From a virus (lineage: Duplodnaviria; Caudoviricetes), in IMG/VR virus record IMGVR_UViG_3300021255_002052, positions 1-64,000 of that record: a stretch of DNA of 64,000 nt; one strand, 5' to 3'. Each line of letters begins with the position of its first letter. Within the stretch, counting starts at the first letter, position 1. Shown here piece by piece: positions 39,241 through 50,800 of the stretch. The notes beneath the pieces are model-generated. The model worked only from the letters and a program-made list of their open reading frames with translations, ran no database searches and was not told the origin of the DNA. Both the position numbers and the translations under genes were made by a program.

Positions 39241-39912
39241 ATGAAAATAGGTGAATTATCCAAAGAGCTAGGGGTCAAGAATAAGGACCTGATAACATAC
39301 CTGAGAGAGGCCGGGTTTTCCTCGGTCTCTTCTCATGTTCAGGCCGCGACAGAAGACATGATTGTCATGGCTCACAAACACTTTGATGCACTTGAGGAAA
39401 CTCCTAAATAGGAGGAACCTGCTGAGCAGCCGGTAGAGAAATCTTCCCAGAAGAGGCCGCTTAAACGGTTCGCTCTCGACGATATGATCCCGTGTCGGTC
39501 TGTGACACCTTACGGTCTCATCCTTGAATCTCCTGATAGGACACTGATCTACCGTTGGAGCAACTGGGGCGACGTAGAACTTGTCAGATACAAGGATCTC
39601 CAGTCATGGAGACGGAATCCGATCGTTACAGACCCGAAGATTCTGATCGAAGACGCTGATCTGGTCGAGCAGTGGAAACGCGATATCGGAGATGTCTATA
39701 AGCCGTTCATTGGGGTGGATTATCCGGAAGAACTGTTTGATCTGTCTGACGACGATTTTGAGAAGCTTCTTAGAACCGGGAATCGGACGGTTAAGCAGAT
39801 CATTGCGACCACAGCAATGTCGATGATCCGCGCCGAGAATTATCCAGACGTGAGGAAACTCAGGATCATTGACGACGTCCTCGGGACGATGCTGATGCAG
39901 GTCCTTAGGTAA
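39241..39912 (+). CDS. head-module protein with an IF2-N-like N-terminal domain (TAG recoded)
   Basis: MKIGELSKELGVKNKDLITYLREAGFSSVSSH joined in frame through TAG at 39409 to the tracked fragment. Confidence 0.65.
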
Positions 39913-39932
39913 TATAAAAAGGAGGAGGCTAA

Positions 39933-40379
39933 ATGGAATATGAAGTTATTTTCAATCGCTTCCTCTCCCGTATAAAAGATGTTTCTCTGCTTTCTCTAGA
40001 GGAAAGATACAGGAACGAAATGTTACAAGATTATCTAATCGGTGCGCTTGGTATTCCGTATGTGCGTAAGATCTTCTCTACCATAGAAACAGACGACGAC
40101 TACGGAGAGCTCTCTTACACTCTAGCGGACGATTTTACGACCGACGTAGATTCGGCTGATCGTTTCGTCCTGGAGGTTCTAGTTCAGGCGATGACAGTAG
40201 AGTGGCTGCGCCCACAGATAGATAACGCACTCAATCTCGCTATGGTAATTGGTGGTAAGGAAGAAAAAGTTCTTTAGAACAATTTGAAAGCCAACATGTA
40301 GCGTCTCCATGACGCGGAAATTCGGCTTCAAAAATATATTAGAGACCACGGCTACTATCAGGGAAACTATGAGTCTTAA
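39933..40379 (+). CDS. head-tail adaptor-like protein (TAG recoded)
   Basis: YEVIFNRFLSRIKD...EWLRPQI; position after the capsid gene. Confidence 0.65.
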
Positions 40380-40719
40380 ACACGAATACGGGGAATTTAC
40401 TTCGGAACAGGTCGCTAAAGAAAAGAAAGCGCTATAGAGTTCTATATTCTTCCTGCTCTTAGCGGTGGACCCTAAGACGGCAGACCGATATCCGAACGTA
40501 GATGTCGACAAGACGTTTACAAACTTGCTCAGGCGAATCTCCGGGCTTAACACTCTCCTCTTCTGCTAGCGAGAGCTGGTGGACGTGATGAGTTACCTGG
40601 AAGAGGCGAGAACTGAGTACAATAAAGATGATTTCGACTTCGGTTCGTATAGGAATTTAGTCCTTACGGCCGGGGCTGAAGTTATGAAGCTTAAGGAGGT
40701 GGATGATGGCCTCGCTTAA
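40369..40719 (+). CDS. hypothetical virion-module protein (TAG recoded)
   Basis: Open under code 15; overlaps both neighbours. Confidence 0.65.
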
Positions 40720-41944
40720 TGCTTTAACTAGTTTCTATGGTGCAGAACCTAAAATCGGTAAGCAATTAAAAACTATAGCAGATAGCGCTATGGAATAGAC
40801 ATTCTATAACGATATCACGACGCGAAGATGTTATATCTACGATTATTTTAGTGATGATCCTGAAACGGAAGATCTGGAAGTATTCGGAACGGACTACGTG
40901 CCGCCAGAGGGTTCCAAGAAGATTCCGGTCGATCTCAAGTTCATGATCAAAGGATATAGATCTCTCGCGAAGGATGATCCTGAGTACTACGTATAGTTCT
41001 TGCCATCGGAATGGAACAGAGTAGTCGAAGATCCGGAAAATCAGTAGATTATTCCGAATTACTTCCAGGATCGCTATGGTAAGTTCGGTGTCAGATATCC
41101 GGTAGGACTCTATATTGACGTACCCGACGATCGAGGTCGCTATCAGCGATGGTTGGTCGTATACGAGGATGTCGCTAACTAGTTCCCGAAGTTCGGCGTA
41201 CTTCGCTGTAACTATCAGTTGGACTGGGTTATAGACAAACCGGAAGGTAGATTTAAACGAAAAATGTGGGGAGTATAGAGAACACAGAGTTCGTACAACG
41301 CAGGAATTTATTCCTTCGATAAATCTACGGTAATGGAAAGTCAGTCTCGTTTCTGGCTTCCCTGGAACTCTATCTCTAGAGAGATTTTCTATAATCAGAG
41401 GATCATCCTATCCATGCCTATGGATATCCCCCTCTGTTGGCAAATTTCTAAAGCTCAGAACACCGAACCGCGCGGAGTACTTATGCTTACGCTATATTAG
41501 GATACTTACAATCCTGTTACCGATTATATAGATAAAACCAATCCCGACCATTGGCGGATGTATGCCGATTACTATAAGTTCCCCGCTACCCCGGAATTTT
41601 CGGAGAACGAGGAAACGGAAAACACTCCCACAGGAGAACTGCGTATAAGTAGCAACACGGCTCTGGTAAAGATCGGAGGATCTTATAAGACTCTGACGGC
41701 TACGATCTATAACGAAAAATCGGAAGAGATCACTTCTGACTACTCTTCTTTCTCGTGGTCCTTCGCCCTGGGCGACGGGACTGACGCTACGGATCTGGTT
41801 TCCACGTCGGAGGTTCCTGGTTCTGCTAATAAAATCAAAGTGAAATTCCTCGGAGACGAGTCGTATGTCGGTCAGCGATTAGTCGCTACTTGTACCGCAG
41901 ACGATCTAACTGACGAACATAGCTTTGACATCCTATTCATGTAA
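40706..41944 (+). CDS. head-closure/neck-like protein (TAG recoded)
   Basis: Single frame under code 15; YPVGLYIDVPD...WLVV; Ig-like C-terminus. Confidence 0.65.
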
Positions 41945-41954
41945 GGAGGGATAA

Positions 41955-42494
41955 GTGATGGATGCTGAACTCTCCGAACTGATAAAGTACAAAAAAGAAT
42001 TCGGTAAAGATAATATCCACTATAAGGAAATTATCAAACAAAAACTCATGAACAACCGAAAACTACTGGTTGCGTTAGACGCTGACGGCCTGGATCCAGA
42101 TGAGGACCCGGATGCTTATGTTGGCACACATCTAATCCCCTACTACGTGCTTCCCGACGTTAAAACTGAGGCACAAAATCTAGTCTGTTTCGAGACGGCC
42201 TTCACGGAAGTCCCTCGCTACAACGAAACCCGTCGCTACATGTAGATCATCTTCTATATTCTCTGTGATCCGAAAAATATCTATGATCGGAACACGGGCA
42301 TCGCCCGACACGATCTGATCGCGGCAATTATAGAAGACGAATTCAACTACTGTAACGATTTTGGGTACTAGTTGACTATAGTGTCAGACCGTCCATACGC
42401 CGTAGACTCGAATAAGTACGTTCTTCGGACTCTGACATTCGAGCAGATAGATATCCATAATATGCTAAGAGATGGAGCTCTCTATAACAAATGA
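41955..42494 (+). CDS. tail terminator-like protein (TAG recoded)
   Basis: TGIARHDLIAAII motif; position in the neck module. Confidence 0.6.
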
Positions 42495-43276
42495 CGAGCA
42501 CTAACTTAACCGAAAACGCCATTGAGTGCGGATTCGATAAATTGAAGATGTTCTTCGGAGAGACGTATGTTGTTAACGACGCGATTTCTATATACGAAGT
42601 GACGATACAAGAGATCGTCGATTTCGGAGAAGAACATTTCTTCGCCTGTATAGCGCCGTTCGTGAGCAATCCTACAACGTACAGACTCTAGCTCTGGGAC
42701 ATGGGTATCGACTGGTGTGAACTGTCAGATTTCGATCTATTCTGTATGCTAGCGCCGACTTTACAACCAGAAATTACCTGTATTTTGTTCGGCCGCTATG
42801 ATTTTACGAATCTCTAGTTGATGATGCGTAAAGATACGGAAGAACGTGTACTATACGATCCGACCACGGATACGGTAGTAGACAACGCTACCTATATTAT
42901 TATGCGCGAGTACATCCGTATGATGATGAACTAGTATCCGAGGAGGGAATTTACCCGAGGTAAACAGACTAAATTAGCATTGATAGACGAGGATAGGATA
43001 AATATACGCAACGCGGAAAGAAAGAGGAGAATCGAGGGCGGCCGGAAGGTCGAATCCTATCTCTTCTCTCTGATTTCTACTATGTTGATAACTCCGGGCT
43101 TCAAGTATAAGAAGAACGAACTAAGAGAAGTCAACATAGCGGAATTTATGATTAGTGTCGAGAAATTCCAGGTGTTTAAGGCGACAGAATCTCTGTTGCG
43201 GGGCATGTATTCCGGATTCTTAGACACTAGCAAAATAGATACCCAGAAAGAACTTAATTGGTTCAGGGAATCTTAA
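42491..43276 (+). CDS. conserved tail-module protein (TAG recoded)
   Basis: PTTYRL(TAG)LWDMGIDW...PGFKYKKNEL...GMYSGF in one frame. Confidence 0.7.
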
Positions 43277-43356
43277 TAAGGTAAAAATGGCGACCGTTTA
43301 TTGGTTGTCTTTTTTTATGTAAAAATCACATTCATATTTAAAAAGGAGGAATCCAC

Positions 43357-44172
43357 ATGTTCTAGATTAACGGTATTGTGGTCGATAGAATCCAGATTGC
43401 TGTAGCCGAGTCTCTTAAGGAAGCCGATTAGGGCGCTATCCTCTATACTCTGACTCAGCTCAACACCGCTTCTATTGAGACCACCGCAGACTCTACTGAC
43501 GCTGTTGACCAGAAGGGTAACCTCATCAAGCGCTTCTACAATGCGAAGAATGCTAGCTTCACGGCTACGAACGCATTCCTGGATCTGAACGCAATCGGCG
43601 GGCTGTCCGGTGATAACTCCACCACTATCGCTTCTGATGGTGCTGGCGCTTTCGTTGCTCCGAAGGTTGAGGTTGTTAAGGTTGCTGACGCTACCACTTT
43701 CGATATGACTGGCTACGTAGCTGGTACTGTCGCTGTAGCGGGTGTTAACAACCAGAACGCTGTTGTCGAGAAGTATACTCTTGGCACCGCTGCTGCCGAG
43801 AAGAAGTTCGCCATCGCGGAGAATCATTTCGTTCCGCCGACGGGACCGGATGCTAACGTTACCAAGTATCTGATCTCCTTCGATCGTACCGTCAACAACG
43901 GTATCAAGGTTATCAACAGCTCCAAGGACATCCCGTCCACGGTTAAGCTTGTTCTGAAGTGCCTCGCGATCGATCCGTGCCATCCGGGAGAACTGAAGGC
44001 TCTTTACGTGACCTTCCCGTCCTTCCAGCCGTCTCCGGAAGTAAGCTTCGACCTTGCTACCGACGCCACCTTCGATTACAGCGGTGACGCCCAGGTCGAT
44101 TACTGCGGCGAAGACCAGGCTCTTTACATCCTGACTTGGGCAGACGAGGATCAGGAAGATTCCACTTATTGA
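43357..44172 (+). CDS. major tail tube protein (TAG recoded; codon 3 is TAG)
   Basis: AAGGAGG SD; MF(TAG)INGIVVDRI...LYTLTQL...PSFQPSPE; terminator-like hairpins on both sides. Confidence 0.75.
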
Positions 44173-44246
44173 TTAAGTGATTCGGTCTAACTGATATTAA
44201 CGGGGGAGCTTAGGCTCCCCCTTCTGCTCGAAACACGGAGGTAATT

Positions 44247-44600
44247 ATGGAAAAAGGAAGAACTTGCCTAATCTGTGGCAAAAAGTATAAATTCTGCCGT
44301 TCTTGTACCGGCAAAGAACCTGCTTGGCGTACACTGTTTGACAGTGACAACTGCTACGCTATTTATGACGCTATTTCTAATGTAAAGATCGACAAGTTAA
44401 AAAGCTTAGACCTGTCGGAAGCGACTGAAGAAGTCCAGAATCAGGTTAAAGAAATGATCGCTCAGAGAGAGCCGAAGAAGACCGAAGAGGTCGAGAAAGC
44501 TGTTAATACGAATCATGAAACAGCTGCTAGTGTAGAGAAGCCGATAGATAATAAGTCGGTAGTCGCCAATAAGCGAAAATTTAATCATAAGGGTGACTGA
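44247..44600 (+). CDS. Cys-containing hypothetical protein
   Basis: RTCLICGKKYKFCRSC. Confidence 0.7.
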   Translation: MEKGRTCLICGKKYKFCRSCTGKEPAWRTLFDSDNCYAIYDAISNVKIDKLKSLDLSEATEEVQNQVKEMIAQREPKKTEEVEKAVNTNHETAASVEKPIDNKSVVANKRKFNHKGD

Positions 44601-44649
44601 CTCTAACTAGGGTTGGTCGCCCATTTTTTCGTTCTAAGGGAGGTAGCAT

Positions 44650-44901
44650 GTGGAAGCGATTACGAGCGGATTGACAGGAAAGACGTACGACCTGCGAAAA
44701 TTGGCAAGAGTGGCAGACCGTCGCCTCCAGACTTTATATATAAAGAACGGCATAATGCCTGTGGAGATGTATTGGTCCTAGGACCGAAACGAGCGAGACA
44801 TTATTATCATGCTCTTCCCCAAGAATAAGACGACCGAGCTGTATAAAGTCTGGAAAGCTAACAACCCCAAAAAAGGTGAGGCCGATGCGTTACATGACTA
44901 A
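44650..44901 (+). CDS. small hypothetical protein (TAG recoded)
   Basis: GGGAGGT SD, GTG start, frame open under code 15. Confidence 0.55.
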
Positions 44902-45277
44902 CCGCGAATTTTAGCGGGAATTGGAAAAGATCAAAAAGGATAATGAACAGAAGGAACTGCTGCGGGAGTTGCGTAGTGAACGTCATAGATTAGATGAACC
45001 TAAAAAGAAAATACCGACCAGCAAGAAGATTGTATGGTCATGTATCCTCCTAGTCCTTGAGATCGTGTTGTTTTCAGAATTTATGATGTGGCACACTGGG
45101 GACCTCTCCTCTCTTTATGTCTTAATAGGCCTAGTTGCGACACTAGCACCTATCATCGTCAAGTTCTATTCAAAGAGCCAGGCGGAAAACACTAAGGGAG
45201 GAATAGTTTATGACGCCGCTTTTGCTCCCGCCGACGAGGATTTAGACTTAGAAAGTGAGGCGGACGAGGATGCTTAA
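44885..45277 (+). CDS. two-TM membrane protein, holin-like (TAG recoded)
   Basis: Two hydrophobic segments, KSQAENTKGGIVYD; TAG at codon 10. Confidence 0.6.
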
Positions 45278-45662
45278 AGGATTACAGAATTTTCTGGAAT
45301 TCGTTAATAATAACTGGACTTCTATTCTGGTTATTATCGGTCTGATTATAGGCCTTTACAAGAAAATTGAATCATTCTGGAAACTGTCGACAGATCAGAA
45401 AGTAGCCATAGCCAAACACGAAATCGAGGAAGCTATGCTAAAGATGATTACGGACTCCGAACTGGAGTATGAAACCTGGAAGGAATCCGGCGAGATTAAG
45501 AGATCGCAGGTAATCAAACAGATTTACGCTGAATATCCGATCCTGGAGAAGGTCGCGGATCAGAATTCCGTGATCGCGTGGATAGATACGCAGATAGACA
45601 ACGCGCTAGTGACTTTACGTAAGGTGATCGAGGAAAATCGGACCACTAAGGAAGCTGAGTGA
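45270..45662 (+). CDS. single-TM holin-like protein
   Basis: NNWTSILVIIGLIIGLY...AMLKMITDSE...GEIKRSQV. Confidence 0.55.
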   Translation: MLKGLQNFLEFVNNNWTSILVIIGLIIGLYKKIESFWKLSTDQKVAIAKHEIEEAMLKMITDSELEYETWKESGEIKRSQVIKQIYAEYPILEKVADQNSVIAWIDTQIDNALVTLRKVIEENRTTKEAE

Positions 45663-45667
45663 TTCCG

Positions 45668-46183
45668 ATGGATAATTTAAGGGAATTACTACATCTTAGT
45701 TGGGGCAACTGGGTTATCTAGCTATTCGTTTTATGTGTCGCGGTCGTATTTATCTCGGACACGATCAAGAAGGCCTTCGCTGTGTTTAAGAAACCCGTCG
45801 ATCAATGGACTCAGATAGAGGAAAACGAGAAAGCGATCAAGTCCCTGGAGGGACGTGTTGACCGCTTAGAAGAACGTCTGGAGAAAGCCGTCGAGGAGTC
45901 CATCCATCACGACGAAAAGATCGAGTATTCGATTAAGCAGGTCGGAGACAAGATCGAGAAAATGAGCGAAGTCGCCGGGCGGCGCACAGTCGTCTCCCTG
46001 AGATCTGAACTCTATAAACTCCATCACGATTTTATGGAGCAGGGTTACGTAACAGAATCCGGGCTCCATACCTTTATGGAGATCTATAACATTTACGAAG
46101 AAGCGGGAGGCAACGACATAGCCAAAAAGAAGCTGCTGCCTGAGGTTTAGCAGTTAGAGCTTCGGCGGGATATGCCAGATTAA
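45668..46183 (+). CDS. membrane-anchored coiled-coil protein, lysis-module associated (TAG recoded)
   Basis: N-terminal TM segment, coiled coil, YEEAGGN. Confidence 0.6.
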
Positions 46184-46184
46184 T

Positions 46185-46646
46185 ATGGGTAAACGAAGTA
46201 AATACAAAGTGGACATGTCTAATTCCGCGAAGAAGAAACGCACGGTCCACGACGAGCATACCGGGAAGGATATCACTTTTGATAGTGCCATCGAAAAAAG
46301 GTACTATGACGAAGTTGTACTCCCCGGGTTTTTATCCGGTGAAATAGTCGACTACGATCTCTAGCGGCGGTACACTCTTCTACCCTCTTTCCGGAGGGAA
46401 AACGGAGAACTTGTAAGGGCTATTACCTATATAGCTGATTACGTGCTTAAGTTCGCTGACGGGCACGAAGAGATCAAAGATACGAAAGGTGCGGGTTATC
46501 TAGTCGACCCACTGGCTCGCATTAAGCGGAAATTATTTTATCACGCATTCCCAGATCTCGATCTTGAATGGATCACTTGGACTAAGGCTACGGGTTGGGT
46601 TAACTGGGATGATTTCATGAAGGAAAAGAGGAATAAAAGGACATGA
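46185..46646 (+). CDS. DUF1064-like PD-(D/E)XK endonuclease (TAG recoded)
   Basis: ITFDSAIE, L(TAG)RRYTL, ITYIADY, DTKG, IKRKLF. Confidence 0.75.
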
Positions 46647-47212
46647 CAGTAAAAGAATTTATAGGAAAATATCATACGGCAAAGAAGGTCCCGGGAGGGG
46701 TCGAAACTTTTCTGGAACAGAGTCTGGTGACCAGATACGTTCCTTACCTAACGAAAAAGGTTATTTGTCAGAAAATCGTTGACGCCACTTATTACGTGAC
46801 GGAGAAGAATGATGACGGTGTGGTCGTTAATCGGAGATTCCGTGTAGACTCCGCGAACACCTATCTCCTGTTCATCACTAGATTGATCGCGACGTATTAC
46901 GGATTAGAACTATCCGAGAATATCGCCGACGATTACGATCTATTGAATCAGGAAGGGCTGATAGCTCCGGAAGACGGAGAATCAGTGACTCTGATCACCA
47001 GCATCCCGGCAACGGAATATGCGGAGTTCAAAGCGTTGTTAGATATGGCTAAAGCTGATATCACGGCTAACGAATATGAGCCGGGTGCGTATATCTCCAA
47101 TAAGATCAACAATCTCGGACTCATTCTCGGAACTGCTATTCAACCGATTTTGGATGCGGCGGGGATCACTCCGGAGGATATCAGGACTTTATTATTGAAT
47201 TCGCGTAGTTAA
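46643..47212 (+). CDS. hypothetical protein (tail chaperone position)
   Basis: 189-aa ORF upstream of the tape measure gene. Confidence 0.65.
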   Translation: MTVKEFIGKYHTAKKVPGGVETFLEQSLVTRYVPYLTKKVICQKIVDATYYVTEKNDDGVVVNRRFRVDSANTYLLFITRLIATYYGLELSENIADDYDLLNQEGLIAPEDGESVTLITSIPATEYAEFKALLDMAKADITANEYEPGAYISNKINNLGLILGTAIQPILDAAGITPEDIRTLLLNSRS

Positions 47213-47220
47213 ACGCAGTC

Positions 47221-47256
47221 AGGCTCCCGTGGTGTCATAGCTACGGGGGCTTTTTA
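47221..47256 (+). terminator. intrinsic terminator
   Basis: GGCTCCCGTGG-loop-CTACGGGGGC followed by a T-run. Confidence 0.65.
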
Positions 47257-47270
47257 AAAGGAGGGGAAAT

Positions 47271-47855
47271 ATGAATTTAGCAGGTTGGGCTGCTCGGTTA
47301 GAATAGAGAATAGAGGCGGGAAAGAAAATCGCGAACAAGAAAACAATACAGCTCGCTGCGAAAAAATCTAAGATGTTCGCAAAATATGCGGCAAAGGAGT
47401 TTTATAGTTCTTATGATCCCCTCTTTTATGGTAGAACTTATGATTTTTACAATCGACTTTTCATTATTGAACCAAAAGAGGAAGAGATTTTTGTAAAGGC
47501 ATCTTCTGCCGGTCTATGGGGGCATAGGGTATCTGGCGATTATATTTTAGAAGTTGTCGCTAATCAAGGATATCATGGAGGAGCCATGAGTGGTCCATCA
47601 GATTTTCACGGTAATTCGCATCCGGCACCAGGAACACCGTATTGGCGTAAACCAGCTACAGAATATGACGGTATCCCTCCATATTCCCTCTGGGGAAGAC
47701 CCGCAGAGAAAACCGAGTCTCCAATAGAGATTTTTTTAAGGTATTTCCGTGCTGCTGAAAAGAGCGATTTTAGTGATTGCTGGAATAAGACTTTTTTGAA
47801 GTATGTGTATACAAAAAACTTTCAAGATTTCTTAAAGATTAAAATAGAGTTATAA
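47271..47855 (+). CDS. tail-module protein (TAG recoded)
   Basis: AAGGAGG SD; FYSSYDPLFYGRT, GYHGGA. Confidence 0.65.
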
Positions 47856-47872
47856 CCGAAGGAGGTGGTCTA

Positions 47873-50800
47873 ATGAGTGAAGAAATTAGTTTAGTTAAAG
47901 GTACAATAGAGATTGATTCTTCTAAATCCGTTGAAGCTACTAATGCGGTCGTTGGTGCATTGAAGGAAATGGCGGAACAAGCTGGCCAGACAAAGAGAGC
48001 TATCTCTGATGTATTTAAAACGCTCAACAACGCAGGGAATAGAAAAGGTATTACGGGATATGCCGAGTCTATGGAAAAGGCCTTAGAAGGTGTAGGAGAA
48101 ACGGCGAAAGATGCTCAGGATCAAATAAGAACATTAAATGATTTTATGAAGACCACTTCTAAGGGTGGGAAATTCCTAAAATCCAAAGAAGAATTAGCAG
48201 ATGTTATTGCCGGTAGCCTTATGCCGCAAGCTAAAGGTTTCGCCAAAAAAGAAGACCGGTCAGGGTTTGGCCGTACAGCGGATACGCTAGCTTAGTATGT
48301 GAACGCATACGTAGCCAAAGGTGGAACTTTGGACGATTCTGATAGTGTGCTGAAAAAGGCATTAAAGAAAAATGGTTTTGACCTTGATACTCTCATGGCG
48401 ATAAGCAATGAAGGGAACGCCGGAGATAAAACAGTCGAGAATTTACAAAATATCTACGGTATTGTAGATAAATTAGCCAGCACCAAACAGGTGGATCTAA
48501 GCGCAATTATCGATTCTAGTGCTTACCTTAAAGAGCTGCACATCATAGAGGCCGAAACTACGAGAACCATGGATAATATCATGGCAAAACTTGCAGGAAA
48601 AAGCAAAGGCCCTTCTGTCTAGAAAGATGATATCGCATCGAGCAAGACTTCATCACAGAGAAGTGCCGATATTAAAAGATTCGCTAAGACTCTTCTGAAT
48701 AGGGATATTCCTCTATCAGATGATGATAAAAAGTTGGCCGCGACATTATTAGGTGAAATTGAAGGTGAATTACGGTCAAGTGAAAATACCGATCTACGAA
48801 ATCAATTAAAGAATAAGCTTAAATTTAAAGGAAACTTCGAAGGCCCCGGGACTATGATGGACTTCTGGGATGCATTAAGAGAAAACGCGGGTGATGGGTC
48901 TATTGATGTAGAAGAAGCCATAAAATCTATAGATGTGAAATACACTCAAAGAAAAAAATAGGCATTAGACACGACGATCGCTAAGAAAGCTAAGAATGCC
49001 GCAGAAGAAGCTTTAAAGAGTGTTGATGGCTTAAACAAAGACCAGCTCAGATAGATGAGAGAAAAAATAAATGGCATGCTAGATGAATCGATCGCAAAGG
49101 AAATAGAAGAAGCATACGATGAAAAAATGAAAGATTTTGAGTGGCTGACGGACGAAGAGATCCAGGACAGATGGTTTAATGAACATACAGATGAGAGGGG
49201 AAAAGTCAAAGCTGGGCGCCGTAATGAAAGATTTGATGGCAGTAAAGGTGGCAAGAAAACGGAAAAAATTGGCGGAGATGCTGCGTATATCGATTATTTG
49301 ACTAGTAGAGGAATAGATCCGTATGCCAGGGAAGGCTTTACCGGTGATCTAACAGACGAAGAAACCAACAAAAGAGCATTAGAATTGATCAAGTCAAGAA
49401 AAACGCTTAGGGGGTTAGGTGAACAAGCATCGAAAGCGTACGCTGAGCAGGAAACGGAAGCGATTGAAAATCTTACGAATAGACTTCAAGAGGCAAACGA
49501 TAAGGTAGCTGAATTAAAACAGAATGCCGCAAAAATGTTAGATGGAGATGGGACAACAGAGGAAATCAAAAATATCATTAACGAATTAGATAATCTTAAA
49601 AGCGCTCTTGGAGAAATTTCTAAAGATGCATCAAGAGCCAAATTGACTGATCTGATCCCGGGATTTTATGATATAGATTCAACAAAGGATGACTTGTTAG
49701 ATTTAAGGTCTAACCTTAACAAAAGGTACGGAGAAGCTGAGAGAAAACAGCAGAGGGATGCTAATTTAAAGAAGGCTCGAGAAGCTTTCCAAAAAAACGC
49801 TAACATTGATCAATTCATGAAAGATGACGCATCTTTTGAAGATATCAAAAGAGCTATCAACGAAGAGAAAACGGCAATAGAAAATCTGAAGAATCTACAG
49901 AAGCAAAATGGAAAAGAAACATGGAAATTTACTCCGGAGGAGCTCGGTGGCGATATAGATGCAAAGATAACAGATTACACTCAAAATCTCTATACCCTAG
50001 CTGCCGCGCTAGATAAAGTTGCTACGGCCCAAGAAGAGGCTGCGGCAGAGACAGATAAAGCAGGGTCTTTCTATGGAGAAGCTAGTGATACGGTACTATC
50101 TGTAGCTGAGTAGCTTGGGGTTGCAAGGAAAGATAAGAACGGAAAACTATCTGTCGATGTTCGTGATATAGACAGGAATAGAGGGTTTTTAGCTGGTAAT
50201 GATTAGGCTGTCGCGTTTCTCGATATGCTAGAGAAATATGCGAGAAGGGATTCAGAGAAATTTGGATTCAAGGATTATACGGCAGACGACCTTAAAAAGA
50301 AAGTGTCCTCCGAAGAAAACGTTCGCGATGTACAGAATTATGTGGACGCCATCGAAAAAGGACTGGATCAATCTTCTGAAGAATTCCAGTAGATTCAAGA
50401 AGCTTATAAACGCGCGGTCGAGAGAATTCAGAAATTTGGTGAAGGACTGTCCCATTTCAAGATCGACGATTATTCGGACCCGAAACAAGTTCTGTCGGCT
50501 ATAACGGATAAGAATCTAGGCCTCTCAGATTACGACATTGAAAAAAATAGCCTTTTAGAAAGAACACACTCGCTCGCGGAGAGAAGGAAAGATATAGGGA
50601 AAACAGCAAGTGACCAAAGTGAAGAGAATATCCGGAACAGAATAAAAGCGTATAAGGAATTGCTACCCGAATACCAAGCGCTTCAAAAAGATCTCGACGC
50701 GTCCGAATTTAAGGACGATTTTCTTGCGCCAAAAGGCGGGATAAAAGAGTTTAAATACCTGGCCGGTGAAATTCAAGGCTTGATGGACCTCATCAAGAGG

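Noticed and set aside
36271-43983. Long minus-strand ORFs (36271-36882, 38545-39216, 43315-43983)
   Set aside because: They are antisense shadows of codon-biased structural genes, with no SD or recognisable motifs.
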